The notes: generated from the letters alone by a model not told the origin. Shown: positions 9,497-19,262, counted from the first letter of the stretch. The stretch: 64,000 nucleotides of DNA from an uncultured Alphaproteobacteria bacterium (GCA_947646585.1 CANSHD010000001.1:45291-109290); one strand, 5' to 3'. Made by a program: numbers and translations.

Positions 9497-10813
9497 TTAC
9501 GGCAGTTTCGGCGACCACGTCGGCTCCAGACCATTTACGTCGTCCGGCAGCTCTATGTCATATATGTTTTGTCCGGTGATATCGACACTGCGGATATGGC
9601 TGATGCGCTCCAGACCATCGATTGCCTTTTCCGTCTCATAATACACCAAACGACGACTGCCCGGGGCCCAGGATGGCGCCTCCATAAACCAGCCGCCCGC
9701 CAGAATCTTTTCATTGCGACCGCGCGGATTCATAATGCCGATAAAGAACGTGTCGTCCGCCATTTTTGTAAAGGCGATAAACTGGCCGTCGGGCGACCAT
9801 GCCGGCGTGGCATAGCGGCCGTTGCCGTATGTTATGCGCTCTTCGGTTAACGTTTCCAAATCCAGAACATGAATCTGCTGGCGCCCAGAACGATCGGAAT
9901 TAAAGGCCAGCTTTTTCCCATCCGGCGAATAAGAGGGACTGGTATTCAAAGAATTCCCAAACGTCAATTGGCGCAGCGTCTTGGCCTCTATATCATATTC
10001 ATATATGTGCGTAATGCCGTTTTTAACCAGTGACAGCGCAATCTTGGTGCCGTCTGGTGAAAAGCGCGGCGCAAAGTTCATGCCGCCAAACTGACCCAGA
10101 CGACGCGCCGCCCCCGTATCCAAATCCAGCGTCCAGACCATCGGGTCGTCGTCACGATATGACAAAAACACAACCGTCTGCATGTTCGGCGAGAAATGCG
10201 GCGACATTACAAAGGTCTTGTCATCGGACAAATAACGCAGTCCATATCCGTCCTGGTCCATGATGGCCATACGCTTTACGCGTTTTTTCAGCGGCCCTGT
10301 CTCGGCAATAAACACAATCTGGGTGTCGAAATATCCGACCTCGCCCGTTAAGCGTTCGTATATTGCGTCCGCCATTATATGCGCCATGCGACGCGCGGAC
10401 TTTTTGGACGCGACCAGACTTTGCGCCTCTATCTGTTCCTTGCCGTTAATATCCCACATATAGAATTCCAGCCTGTACTTGCCGTTTTCCATATCCAGTT
10501 TTGCCTGAACCAGAACCTGGGCCTTTATCGCCGCCCATGATTTAAAGTTCGGCATTTCGCCCATCTTTACATGCTCGGGAAACGCGTCATGATTTACAAT
10601 ACGGAACAGCCCCGTTGATTTTAAATCTTTTTCCACCACCTCGCGTATCATGGCAGCGTCTTTTGTGCTGGCGTTGCCGGCAACCTCAAACTTTTGAACC
10701 GCAATCGGAATCGGCGACGCGGCCCCGGCAACAATATCAACCTTCAGCTCGGCCCGCGATGCGGATACCACGCCGATAAAAATCGCGCATGCGAACAAAA
10801 TTTTTTTCAGCAT
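9497..10813 (-). CDS. tolB: Tol-Pal beta-propeller protein TolB
   Basis: AHIMADAIYERLTGEVGYFDTQI, IMDQDG, repeated P.(F/W)SPDG WD40-like motifs. Confidence 0.95.
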   Translation of the reverse strand: MLKKILFACAIFIGVVSASRAELKVDIVAGAASPIPIAVQKFEVAGNASTKDAAMIREVVEKDLKSTGLFRIVNHDAFPEHVKMGEMPNFKSWAAIKAQVLVQAKLDMENGKYRLEFYMWDINGKEQIEAQSLVASKKSARRMAHIMADAIYERLTGEVGYFDTQIVFIAETGPLKKRVKRMAIMDQDGYGLRYLSDDKTFVMSPHFSPNMQTVVFLSYRDDDPMVWTLDLDTGAARRLGQFGGMNFAPRFSPDGTKIALSLVKNGITHIYEYDIEAKTLRQLTFGNSLNTSPSYSPDGKKLAFNSDRSGRQQIHVLDLETLTEERITYGNGRYATPAWSPDGQFIAFTKMADDTFFIGIMNPRGRNEKILAGGWFMEAPSWAPGSRRLVYYETEKAIDGLERISHIRSVDITGQNIYDIELPDDVNGLEPTWSPKLP

Positions 10814-11043
10814 AATATTCCCCTGTTTCCTTTTAAAACAATATCGCTCTAATTTTATCCGTATCATACAAAAAAAGCAAGCGCGCCCGCTTTTAAAATC
10901 ACCATATACATCAATCAACACAAATACCAATACCGTCGCCATTACACCCGTGATTACAGCCGCATTTACATTTGTATTGACATTCGCCAATACATTGTTA
11001 TAGTCACTTGTAAAGACGTCGGTATTGTCCGCCGTATAGAGGA

Positions 11044-11274
11044 TTGCCTATGCCAAACGTTATGCAGCAGTTGTTTGTTATGAACATGGAATCTTTGTTA
11101 AAGGAGTACGCCGCCTACAAGACCTTTAACAAATCCGATTGCGTCATAAACATGCGTATTCCGCGTCCAATCTTGGACAAAATAAAAGAACTGGCCGAGG
11201 CACAGCACGTCCCCTATCAGTCGTTAATTTCATCGGTGCTTTTTTCTTTGGCAAATATCGAAGAAAAGAAATAA
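11044..11274 (+). CDS. Small ribbon-helix-helix (CopG/antitoxin-like) protein
   Basis: INMRIPRPILDKIKELAEAQHVPYQSLISSVL resembles CopG/BrnA-type RHH domains. Confidence 0.55.
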   Translation: MPMPNVMQQLFVMNMESLLKEYAAYKTFNKSDCVINMRIPRPILDKIKELAEAQHVPYQSLISSVLFSLANIEEKK

Positions 11275-11345
11275 AGAAAAAAATAAAATCAAATAAAAAA
11301 CACCCCGCGAATGCGGGGCACTTTTTTTATTTGAATTTCTAAAGA

Positions 11346-11690
11346 TTACCAACCCTGAATCGCACAGCCCAGAACGCCCTGGCCGCCCTGCGACATAAAG
11401 AACGACAGAACCACACCAAGACCGAACAGCAGAACAAAACCCACCAGCATACCGGTACCCTTGTTTTTCAAGTCGTCCATTTTAACTTCGCCCTTAGAGA
11501 TATAGCCCCAGGCCCAGCCGGCAATAACAAACGCCGCACCGACAAACGCCAGTGTACGCAGAATATTGAACACACCCTGCATCTGCTGAATCAGTGTGCA
11601 CAGGCCGTTCGTACTGGGCGCAGCCATCGCAGGTGTCGCGACCATCGCCGCAATTATCGCAAAATTTAATTTGGTCATTATTTTTTTCAT
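11346..11690 (-). CDS. VirB2/TrbC-like pilin
   Basis: Long signal peptide ending PAMA, then two hydrophobic helices separated by a short charged loop; 114 aa. Confidence 0.55.
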   Translation of the reverse strand: MKKIMTKLNFAIIAAMVATPAMAAPSTNGLCTLIQQMQGVFNILRTLAFVGAAFVIAGWAWGYISKGEVKMDDLKNKGTGMLVGFVLLFGLGVVLSFFMSQGGQGVLGCAIQGW

Positions 11691-11801
11691 CAGGTTCCCC
11701 TTTCATTATTCAACTTACAGTTGTAATTTTATCACAAATCCCGCACAATTCAAAATAAAAAACGGGCACCCTTGGCACCCGTTCTTAATCCCGCCAAAAT
11801 A

Positions 11802-12179
11802 TTACATTGCGGAAACCAAAACGTATTTACGGGATACGTTTGTCTGGCACGCATTGCAACGCGGCGCCGCATATGTCACCGGCGCGCTGTACGACACGAC
11901 CTGGGCGGCCGGCGCCATGATAACGCGGTCGGCACGCGGGGCCTGGCCCGTCATGTCACGATTGTACAAATCCGCGCAGCGCGTGTTGCGATAAACGATT
12001 TTCTTGCCCGTATTCAGCGTGCGAATGTCGCCATTGAAATGATTGCCCATTTCGCCGGTGTAATAAATGCAGTCTTCGCCATCCTGAGTATAGCGAACGT
12101 CGCCGCGATAATAATCATAATAAGACGCACAACCGGCCAGACCTGCCAGCGCAATAACAGAAACCAGAACTTTCTTCAT
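11802..12179 (-). CDS. Hypothetical lipoprotein
   Basis: Lipobox LAGC after MKKVLV signal. Confidence 0.7.
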   Translation of the reverse strand: MKKVLVSVIALAGLAGCASYYDYYRGDVRYTQDGEDCIYYTGEMGNHFNGDIRTLNTGKKIVYRNTRCADLYNRDMTGQAPRADRVIMAPAAQVVSYSAPVTYAAPRCNACQTNVSRKYVLVSAM

Positions 12180-12331
12180 ACCTTTGTCCTTTTTCAAAGC
12201 CGCTCTCTCTGAACTCCGATTCGTTGTTTTTATTATTGCACAAAATCAAACATTGTCAACACTCAAACAAAAATGTACACATAAAATAAAATGTGCTATA
12301 CTTTTTAGCACGTACTTAAAAAGGAAAGGTA

Positions 12332-13279
12332 ATGAATTACAAAGATTTTGGCCTGGTCAACACACGCGCCATGTTTGCAGACGCAATCGCACGCAAATAC
12401 GCGGTCCCGGCATTTAATTTCTATAACATGGAAACCCTGTCCGCAATATTGGAGGCGGCACGCACCACGCACAGCCCGGTAATTCTGGCCGTGTCGGAAT
12501 CGGCCATGAAGTACATGGGCGACGATTTGCTGATGGGAATGATTTGGGGTAAAAAATTCCGTCCAGAGGACGGCGTCACCCTGCACTTGGACCATGGCGG
12601 CAGCTTTGAGGCCTGCGCACACGCGATAGAACTCGGCTTCTCGTCCGTCATGATTGACGGCAGCAAACTGCCGTTTGCCGAAAACGTGGAATTGGCGCGC
12701 CGCGTGACCGAACTGGCGCACGCGCACGACGTATCGGTTGAGGCGGAACTGGGAACCCTGGCCGGTATCGAAGATGAAAACACGCACAGCGAAACGTCCA
12801 GCTATACCGACCCGGCGGACGTGATTAAATTCGTGGAACAGACCGGATGCGATTCTTTGGCGATTGCAATCGGCACCAGCCACGGCGCATACAAACGCAA
12901 ATCGGACGATGAAAAACTGCGCTTTGACATATTGGCCGAAATTGCGAAACAGCTACCGAACTTCCCGCTGGTTCTGCACGGCGCATCATCCATTCCGCAA
13001 AAATTTGTTGAGATTATAAACGAATTCGGCGGCGCAATGTCCGGTGCCCGCGGCATCGACCCGGTACAGTTGCGCCAGGCGACGGAAATGAACATATGCA
13101 AAATCAACGTCGACAGCGATTCCCGCCTGGCCTTTACCGCCGGCGTCCGCCGGAATCTGGCGGAAAAGCCGGCCGGATTCAATCCGCGCGATTATCTGGG
13201 CGCCGGGCGCAAGTTAATTGTTGAAAACTGTATCGATGAAATAAAAAACATCATGGGCAGCGACAACAAGCTGAACTAA
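12332..13279 (+). CDS. fba: Class II fructose-bisphosphate aldolase
   Basis: LHLDHG, SVMIDGS, VEAELG, GTSHGAYK, LVLHGAS, KINVD motifs. Confidence 0.95.
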   Translation: MNYKDFGLVNTRAMFADAIARKYAVPAFNFYNMETLSAILEAARTTHSPVILAVSESAMKYMGDDLLMGMIWGKKFRPEDGVTLHLDHGGSFEACAHAIELGFSSVMIDGSKLPFAENVELARRVTELAHAHDVSVEAELGTLAGIEDENTHSETSSYTDPADVIKFVEQTGCDSLAIAIGTSHGAYKRKSDDEKLRFDILAEIAKQLPNFPLVLHGASSIPQKFVEIINEFGGAMSGARGIDPVQLRQATEMNICKINVDSDSRLAFTAGVRRNLAEKPAGFNPRDYLGAGRKLIVENCIDEIKNIMGSDNKLN

Positions 13280-13349
13280 AAAAATCCCCCACCCGGGGGA
13301 TTTTTTAATAAATAGATATTTGCATTTATATAAAATTTTGATTTAATAA

Positions 13350-13576
13350 TATCTGAGCGGGGGGGGCTTTCCCTGCTCGGGGTGTCGAAACCCGGAATAC
13401 TGCGTTCAAACAAGAACGATAAAAAATTACTCCAACGGATTTATCCGGTTGGAGGGCTGTGAATAATGCGCATCTGTTGCGCACCAATAAGCACACTATA
13501 CAGTATTATAGTTTCGAACCTCCAACCGCCTGAATTTTTTCAGCGGTTTTTCAATTCGCGAAAAAGGAGGATTTGA
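13350..13576 (+). promoter_or_regulatory. Structured 5' leader/attenuator, copy 2 (C4/CI-like)
   Basis: Hairpin with TCGAAAC (13385-13391) plus AATACTG box; complementary CAGTATT..GTTTCGA at 13501-13517; CTCCAAC/GTTGGAG hairpin; same terminator as copy 1. Confidence 0.8.
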
Positions 13577-14056
13577 ATGAAACAAATCATAATCGGCGGC
13601 CTGTCAATCGTCGCCGTTTTCACACAGGCGCACGCCGAACTCAATTGTTGTTCAAAATGCCAGTACAACACCAACGCATCCGCATGCACGGAAAACTGCT
13701 GCCATGCAAAATACGGCGTACTTGGTGGCAAAACAACATACAGCGACCCGGACAGCAACGGCGTAATCACCGTAACAAAATACACAGATACAGTTACATG
13801 CGCCACCAGCGCCAGCGGCTCAAATTTTGTCAGCTGCAACAGGCAAAACTCTCATATTTGCGCCCAGGGATATTACGGCAGCCCGACATTGTTAAACAAG
13901 ACATGCACAAAATGTCCGTCATCCGGCGGCATCGCCGGAACAACGGCCGGCACCGGCGCAACAAAAATAACGGAATGCTATATCCCGGCAGGTACGGCAT
14001 TTTCGGACAGCGCCGGCGCCGGCACATATTCGGAAAACTGTTATTACAGCGAATAA
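13577..14056 (+). CDS. Small secreted cysteine-rich protein, paralogue of 8508..9062
   Basis: RBS AGGAGG, signal peptide (AHA), C-terminus ITECYIPAGTAFSDSAGAGTYSENCYY. Confidence 0.85.
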   Translation: MKQIIIGGLSIVAVFTQAHAELNCCSKCQYNTNASACTENCCHAKYGVLGGKTTYSDPDSNGVITVTKYTDTVTCATSASGSNFVSCNRQNSHICAQGYYGSPTLLNKTCTKCPSSGGIAGTTAGTGATKITECYIPAGTAFSDSAGAGTYSENCYYSE

Positions 14057-14080
14057 AAAATCCCCCGGCGGGGGATTTTT

Positions 14081-14650
14081 TTATTTGGCTCTTTCTACAT
14101 ACTCAAGCGTTTCCGTGTTAACAACGATTTTTTCACCGGCATTAACAAACAACGGAACCTGAACACGAACACCGTTGTCCAGAACCGCCGGCTTGCCGCC
14201 GCTGGATGACGCCGTCTGGCCTTTCAAGGCGGGTTCGGTCTCTTCAACCGTGGCGATTACCGTTTTCGGCAGAGAAATAGACACCGGGTGCCCTTCGACA
14301 AAGTTCGCCTTTACCGTCATTTCCGGCGCCAAGAATTTCATCTGGTCGCCCAGGGAATCGACCGGCATCGTAAACTGCTCGTAATCGGACAGGTTCATAA
14401 AGAACGCGTCAGTTCCGTCCGCATACAGATACTGGCAGTCGAAATCTTCAACCATCAACTTTTCGACCTTGTCCTCACTGCGCCAGCGGTCGCCGCCTTT
14501 GTTGCCGGAATCGATATCACGCAAATCGGCCTGTACAAACGCACCGCCCTTGCCCGGCTTTACCTTTGTGATTGATGTGACGGAATAGCGACGGCCGTTA
14601 TGGGAAATAACCCAGCCCACACGCATGTCATTTGCAACATATGATGCCAT
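14081..14650 (-). CDS. efp: Translation elongation factor P
   Basis: KPGKGGAFV motif, KPAVLDNG..VQVPLFV, YVER C-terminus. Confidence 0.96.
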   Translation of the reverse strand: MASYVANDMRVGWVISHNGRRYSVTSITKVKPGKGGAFVQADLRDIDSGNKGGDRWRSEDKVEKLMVEDFDCQYLYADGTDAFFMNLSDYEQFTMPVDSLGDQMKFLAPEMTVKANFVEGHPVSISLPKTVIATVEETEPALKGQTASSSGGKPAVLDNGVRVQVPLFVNAGEKIVVNTETLEYVERAK

Positions 14651-14662
14651 GTTTGTACCTCT

Positions 14663-15205
14663 TTATTTTGCGGAATGCATTTTGTTGTTATATCTTTCGA
14701 TAGAATCCATGATGATTTTATCTGTTGCATCACGGTCCGCCCATCCGGAAATACGCGACCATGCATTCGGTTCCAAATCCTTGTAATGCTGAAAGAAATA
14801 TTCAATCTTGTGCATTAAAATTTTCGGCAGTTCGTTTAAATACGAAACATTTTCATAATACGGGTCGATACGGTCGCGCGGCACGCAGATAATTTTTTCG
14901 TCGCCGCCCGCCTGGTCTTCCATCAACAGCGCGCCAATCGGATGAACGTCAATCATAACACCCGGACGCAGCGGCGCATTGCATACAACCACGCAGTCCA
15001 ACGGGTCGCCGTCATCGCCCAAAGTACCCGGGAAATAGCCATAGTTCGCAGGATACGCAACCGGCGTGTGCAGAATACGGTCCACGCGCAACAGCCCCGT
15101 TTCCTTGTCAATTTCATATTTTACATAACCGTTTTCCGGAACCTCGATAATCGCGGTCATCTTTTTCGGCGGCATCTTGCCCGGCTTCAATTCTTCTAAC
15201 GACAT
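14663..15205 (-). CDS. ppa: Inorganic pyrophosphatase (family I)
   Basis: KYEIDK, YPANYG, DGDPLD, FFQHYKDLE motifs. Confidence 0.96.
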   Translation of the reverse strand: MSLEELKPGKMPPKKMTAIIEVPENGYVKYEIDKETGLLRVDRILHTPVAYPANYGYFPGTLGDDGDPLDCVVVCNAPLRPGVMIDVHPIGALLMEDQAGGDEKIICVPRDRIDPYYENVSYLNELPKILMHKIEYFFQHYKDLEPNAWSRISGWADRDATDKIIMDSIERYNNKMHSAK

Positions 15206-15265
15206 ATTTTTACCCTCTTTTTACCGCGGCCAGCTTAGCACCAAAAAATTCAATTTGCAATGTCT

Positions 15266-15913
15266 TTATTGCATCGCCTCCCATTGTTCTTCTGCACTCG
15301 CATATCCGGTATAGCACGGCTCCCTCATTTCCCCAGTGCCCGTGCCATCGGAAAAAGTCCCGGCCGGAATATAGCAATAATTTAGCCCAACAACGTATTC
15401 ATCATCGCTTGTTCCGCCATCCGGACATTGCAGACACGCAGAATTTATCCCAAGTTTGCCATATTCCACACCACGCGGCTGAATATAGGACCCCTTGCGG
15501 CAAGCACAATACCCTTCTGCGGCACACGCAGACATTAAAAGACCAATATTACCAATTAAATAATCCCGCATATCGAAATAACTTTCGCCATAACACCTTT
15601 CTTGATACAGATGATCAAAAACAAAACTGATACCATAATCATCAAAGTATTCAGCCGCTATATCCGACATCGAATAATTTTGCATACAAGTCGTACGCAC
15701 ATTTTTAATTAATTCTTCATCTGTTTTATTAATGTTTCGCAATGCATCACAATCGTAATCCGCCCAAGCAACGGCAATTTTTTGTGATACACACGATACA
15801 AAACCCACACATTTATCGCAATACGAATTATTCAAAAAACCGGACACTGCGCCCAGCGCCCCACCGCAATACGACATGATGCCGCACAACCCGATTACAT
15901 ACATTATTTTCAC
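15266..15913 (-). CDS. Secreted cysteine-rich protein (same C-terminal family)
   Basis: GTG start with AGGAG RBS, hydrophobic N-terminus, C-terminus CLQCPDGG...CYIPAGTFSDGTGTGEMREPCY; AT-rich core. Confidence 0.8.
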   Translation of the reverse strand: MKIMYVIGLCGIMSYCGGALGAVSGFLNNSYCDKCVGFVSCVSQKIAVAWADYDCDALRNINKTDEELIKNVRTTCMQNYSMSDIAAEYFDDYGISFVFDHLYQERCYGESYFDMRDYLIGNIGLLMSACAAEGYCACRKGSYIQPRGVEYGKLGINSACLQCPDGGTSDDEYVVGLNYCYIPAGTFSDGTGTGEMREPCYTGYASAEEQWEAMQ

Positions 15914-16160
15914 GTATCAACTCCTATTATTTGAATAAAGCAAAAACCACCGGAAGAATCAGGTGGTCAGGAGGTTGACAACAATCTTTCGAATTGCGCG
16001 GTGTATTTAATATTCCACCGCCCTCCTGACCCATGGAATCAGGAGTTTTGCACTTATCATCGTAATAAAAACGGCGCAAAGCGCGCCCCAGGTTTCTATC
16101 CCGACGCGAAAGAGAGGTTGTCACGCCTCATCATGGCACCCGCCATGACACAGGCATTAT
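15914..16160 (-). promoter_or_regulatory. Structured 5' leader/attenuator, copy 3 (C4/CI-like)
   Basis: Minus strand: GAGG-CGTGACAA-CCTC hairpin plus TCTTTCG box; CTCCTGA/TCAGGAG hairpin; downstream CGAAAGA..GTTGTCA; CCTCCTGACCACCTGA..CGGTGG-T5 terminator. Confidence 0.78.
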
Positions 16161-16204
16161 AAATCAACACATAAAATCAAGGCAAGGGAAAAAATCAGCC
16201 GCGC

Positions 16205-17164
16205 TTATTTATCGGCACGTTTCAGCTGCGTCGCATACTTGTCCATGGCGTCGTCATACACGTCGTTTGTGTCAAACTTGTCAAAGTCGGCGCGTGTATA
16301 ACGGACATAATCGCGACCGTACAGGACGTCCCCCTTGCTGTGCTTTTCCTGGGAATCCTGCCACGACTTGCAGCGATAATGGTTTATACGGATTATATTC
16401 TGCGTCAGCCCCGGTATAACCGGCGACGGCGCAACCGTATTGTCGCACTCATCAACACTGCGCCCGATTACATCAAACGCATGCGCCGAACCGCATCCGA
16501 CAACCATCCGCGGATTTACTATTATTTTGTTGGCCTCGTTGCTGTTGTCGCGCTTGCGATATTTATAGTTTTCAATAACCAGTCCCGCCGGCCGCTGTAC
16601 ATGCCCCGACGAACCGTACAGGCACCAGCGGATGAAAATCTGGGCCGTGCGCGGTGAAAAACGGCGCAAAAATTCGGGAATCGTCTTGTCCGCGACAGGC
16701 ATTATAAATTCGTCCAAATCAATCACGGCCAGCCACTTTGTCTTGTCGCGCGCATGACAGACGGCGTAATAATTTACCTGATTTTGAATCCCCTCGCCCT
16801 CGACATATTGATATTCAACAATGCCGGCGTCGATATACGGCTTTAAAACCTCGTACGTGTTATCGGTGGACTGATTGTCATAAATAAAAAATTTTTCAAC
16901 GCCGACCAGTAAATGATAGTCAATCCATTCCTTGAAATAGCGCCCCTCGTCACGCGCGACGGCGGCGATACACAGATAATGCGGAAACCGTTCGCGACGT
17001 GCGCGCCATATCGCGCGCGCCGAACGCAGCGGACCAAATTTTATAATGTTGCGTACACGGTTCCGGGCCGTGCGGCCCGGAACCAGCGCAGACGTAGTCT
17101 GGGCTGCAAATTTACGCAGCTTTGATATTTTATGTGACGAACGCGTCAGGTCTATGTTGCTCAT
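16205..17164 (-). CDS. Glycosyltransferase (GT92/GT2-like)
   Basis: EWIDYH..G..F.IYDN.STD, W...IDLDEFI, INHY motifs. Confidence 0.85.
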   Translation of the reverse strand: MSNIDLTRSSHKISKLRKFAAQTTSALVPGRTARNRVRNIIKFGPLRSARAIWRARRERFPHYLCIAAVARDEGRYFKEWIDYHLLVGVEKFFIYDNQSTDNTYEVLKPYIDAGIVEYQYVEGEGIQNQVNYYAVCHARDKTKWLAVIDLDEFIMPVADKTIPEFLRRFSPRTAQIFIRWCLYGSSGHVQRPAGLVIENYKYRKRDNSNEANKIIVNPRMVVGCGSAHAFDVIGRSVDECDNTVAPSPVIPGLTQNIIRINHYRCKSWQDSQEKHSKGDVLYGRDYVRYTRADFDKFDTNDVYDDAMDKYATQLKRADK

Positions 17165-17181
17165 ACCGTTACCGTCTTTAT

Positions 17182-18081
17182 TTAAATTGGTTTTCTAAAA
17201 GCACTGTAATTATGCACGGTTCGCATTATCAGAATTTTTCCGAACAAACGCCATTCCCGTTTGTTGTCCACGCACGACACCGTGAACAGACGCCCGCCTC
17301 CGAACAGGCGGCAATCAAAAACATCGCGCGTCTTGACACACTTTTGCAAAGAATTTTCCGTTAAAAACTCTTTCATCTCCGCATTTGCACGACGCCCGTC
17401 GGCACCGTCTTCGCGTTGCGCGCGACCGACCGATATCAATGAATTTTCACGCGAACGATACAGATACATTGCCGCCGGAACCAGCGCTATGTAGTTCGCC
17501 GCGAACACCATTTTGTTCGCCAGAACCCAGTCCTCGCAAATTTTCATATCTTCCGGAAAGACAAAACCGTTATGTTGCCAAAACTCGCGCCGCACCAGAT
17601 AACGCCACATCATTCCATGCCGGTCAACACAGGTAAAGTCAATCTTCTCCTGCGGCTCGGACACAATCGTCGCGACATCAAATATCACGCTGCAGTTCGG
17701 GCGCCGCTGGTGCCGGTACGACGCAACCGCGACATCGGCGCCGGCGGCCGCGGCCGTGTCATACAGCGCACGGTAAAAATCGACGTTAATCAAATCGTCG
17801 GCATCCATAAAGTGAATGTATTCGCCGCGCGCATGCCCCATCGCCACATTGCGCGAATATGATACGCCGCGGTTCGACTTGTTAACGATTATATGCGTAT
17901 GAATGCCGCGATGCGTGCGCGCCCAGTCTTTGACAATCGCCGCCGTGCCGTCGGTCGGCGCATCCAGACACAGAATTATTTCCATGTCGCGGTGCGCCAT
18001 GGTCTGGCACCAAATGCAATTCAGTGTCTGTGCGATATATTTCTCGCAATTATATACGGGGATTATAATGGAAACCTTCAT
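17182..18081 (-). CDS. Glycosyltransferase family 2
   Basis: VSIIIPVYN, N.GVS.SRN, FMDADD, CED, Y.YR motifs. Confidence 0.9.
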   Translation of the reverse strand: MKVSIIIPVYNCEKYIAQTLNCIWCQTMAHRDMEIILCLDAPTDGTAAIVKDWARTHRGIHTHIIVNKSNRGVSYSRNVAMGHARGEYIHFMDADDLINVDFYRALYDTAAAAGADVAVASYRHQRRPNCSVIFDVATIVSEPQEKIDFTCVDRHGMMWRYLVRREFWQHNGFVFPEDMKICEDWVLANKMVFAANYIALVPAAMYLYRSRENSLISVGRAQREDGADGRRANAEMKEFLTENSLQKCVKTRDVFDCRLFGGGRLFTVSCVDNKREWRLFGKILIMRTVHNYSAFRKPI

Positions 18082-18143
18082 TCGTGACATTCCTTTGAAC
18101 AAATAAATCCCGCCGCGCGGCGGGATTTATCAACCACTATGTC

Positions 18144-19262
18144 TTACATGCGCATCGGCATCAAAATGAACAGCGCATCCGTGTTCTTGTCCGTCGATTT
18201 GATAATCGTCGGCGACAGCGGGTCCTGCATTTCCATCTGGAATTTTTCGCCCTCTACCTGGCCGGCGACATCCAACAGGAACTTTACATTAAACGTAACC
18301 GTGAACGATGCGTCGCTGTTGTATTCGATATCCAATTCCTGGGTCGCCGTTCCGGCATCCGGGCTGGACGCATTGACAACCAGCTTGTTCATGGAATAAG
18401 TTAACTGAACGGATTTTGTCTTGTCGACACTGGCGACCGAGACCAAGTCAACCGCATTCACAAACTGCTTTCTGTCCAGAATCGCAATCTTGTCGTTGCC
18501 CTTTGGTATTACAACGCGATAGTTCGGATACTGGGCGTCAACCAGCTTGCTGGTTAATGTCGCGGCACCGACGGTAAAACGCGCCTTGGTGTCGGACAAT
18601 TCAACCATGCAGTCGTCAACCGTCGCGTCTTCCAGCAATTTGGACAATTCGCCGATAACACGACGCGGCAGAATAACGGACGGCATTTCCGCACTGCCCT
18701 CCGGCGCCGGCATCGCACACAGCGCCATACGCTGGGCGTCGGTCGCAACCGCGGTCAGCATTTTCTCCTTGCCCTCGTCCGAGATATGGAAATAGATTCC
18801 CCCCAGATGATAGCGAACGTCATCCGTCGGAATCGCAAACTTTGTCTGGTTAATCAGATGCGCCAGATCGCCCGTCGTCATCTGGAATTTCGTGGTTAAA
18901 TTGCTGCCCGCCATGGCCGGGAAATTTTCCGCCGGCAAAGTCGGCAAACGGAACACTGCGCGCCCGCTGGATACGACCAACTGGTCGCCGGACTGCTTAA
19001 AATTAATCTCGGCATCGTCCGGCAGCTTGCGGACAATATCATACAGCATCTGAACAGGAACGGTTGTTTTACCGCCCAGCGTTATGTCGGCGGCCACATG
19101 TTCGACCAATTCCAAATCAACGTTGGTCGCGGACAAAATCAGGTCGTCCGCCACCTCCAGCTTAACATTCATCAATATCGGCAGGGTCGCACGCTTTTCC
19201 ACAATGGACTGCATATGCCCCAGCGCACGGATCAAAACCTGACGAAATACCGAAAATTCCAT
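18144..19262 (-). CDS. dnaN: DNA polymerase III beta sliding clamp
   Basis: PILMNV, ATNVDLE, AVATD, SKLVDAQYPNY, LMPMR C-terminus. Confidence 0.96.
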   Translation of the reverse strand: MEFSVFRQVLIRALGHMQSIVEKRATLPILMNVKLEVADDLILSATNVDLELVEHVAADITLGGKTTVPVQMLYDIVRKLPDDAEINFKQSGDQLVVSSGRAVFRLPTLPAENFPAMAGSNLTTKFQMTTGDLAHLINQTKFAIPTDDVRYHLGGIYFHISDEGKEKMLTAVATDAQRMALCAMPAPEGSAEMPSVILPRRVIGELSKLLEDATVDDCMVELSDTKARFTVGAATLTSKLVDAQYPNYRVVIPKGNDKIAILDRKQFVNAVDLVSVASVDKTKSVQLTYSMNKLVVNASSPDAGTATQELDIEYNSDASFTVTFNVKFLLDVAGQVEGEKFQMEMQDPLSPTIIKSTDKNTDALFILMPMRM

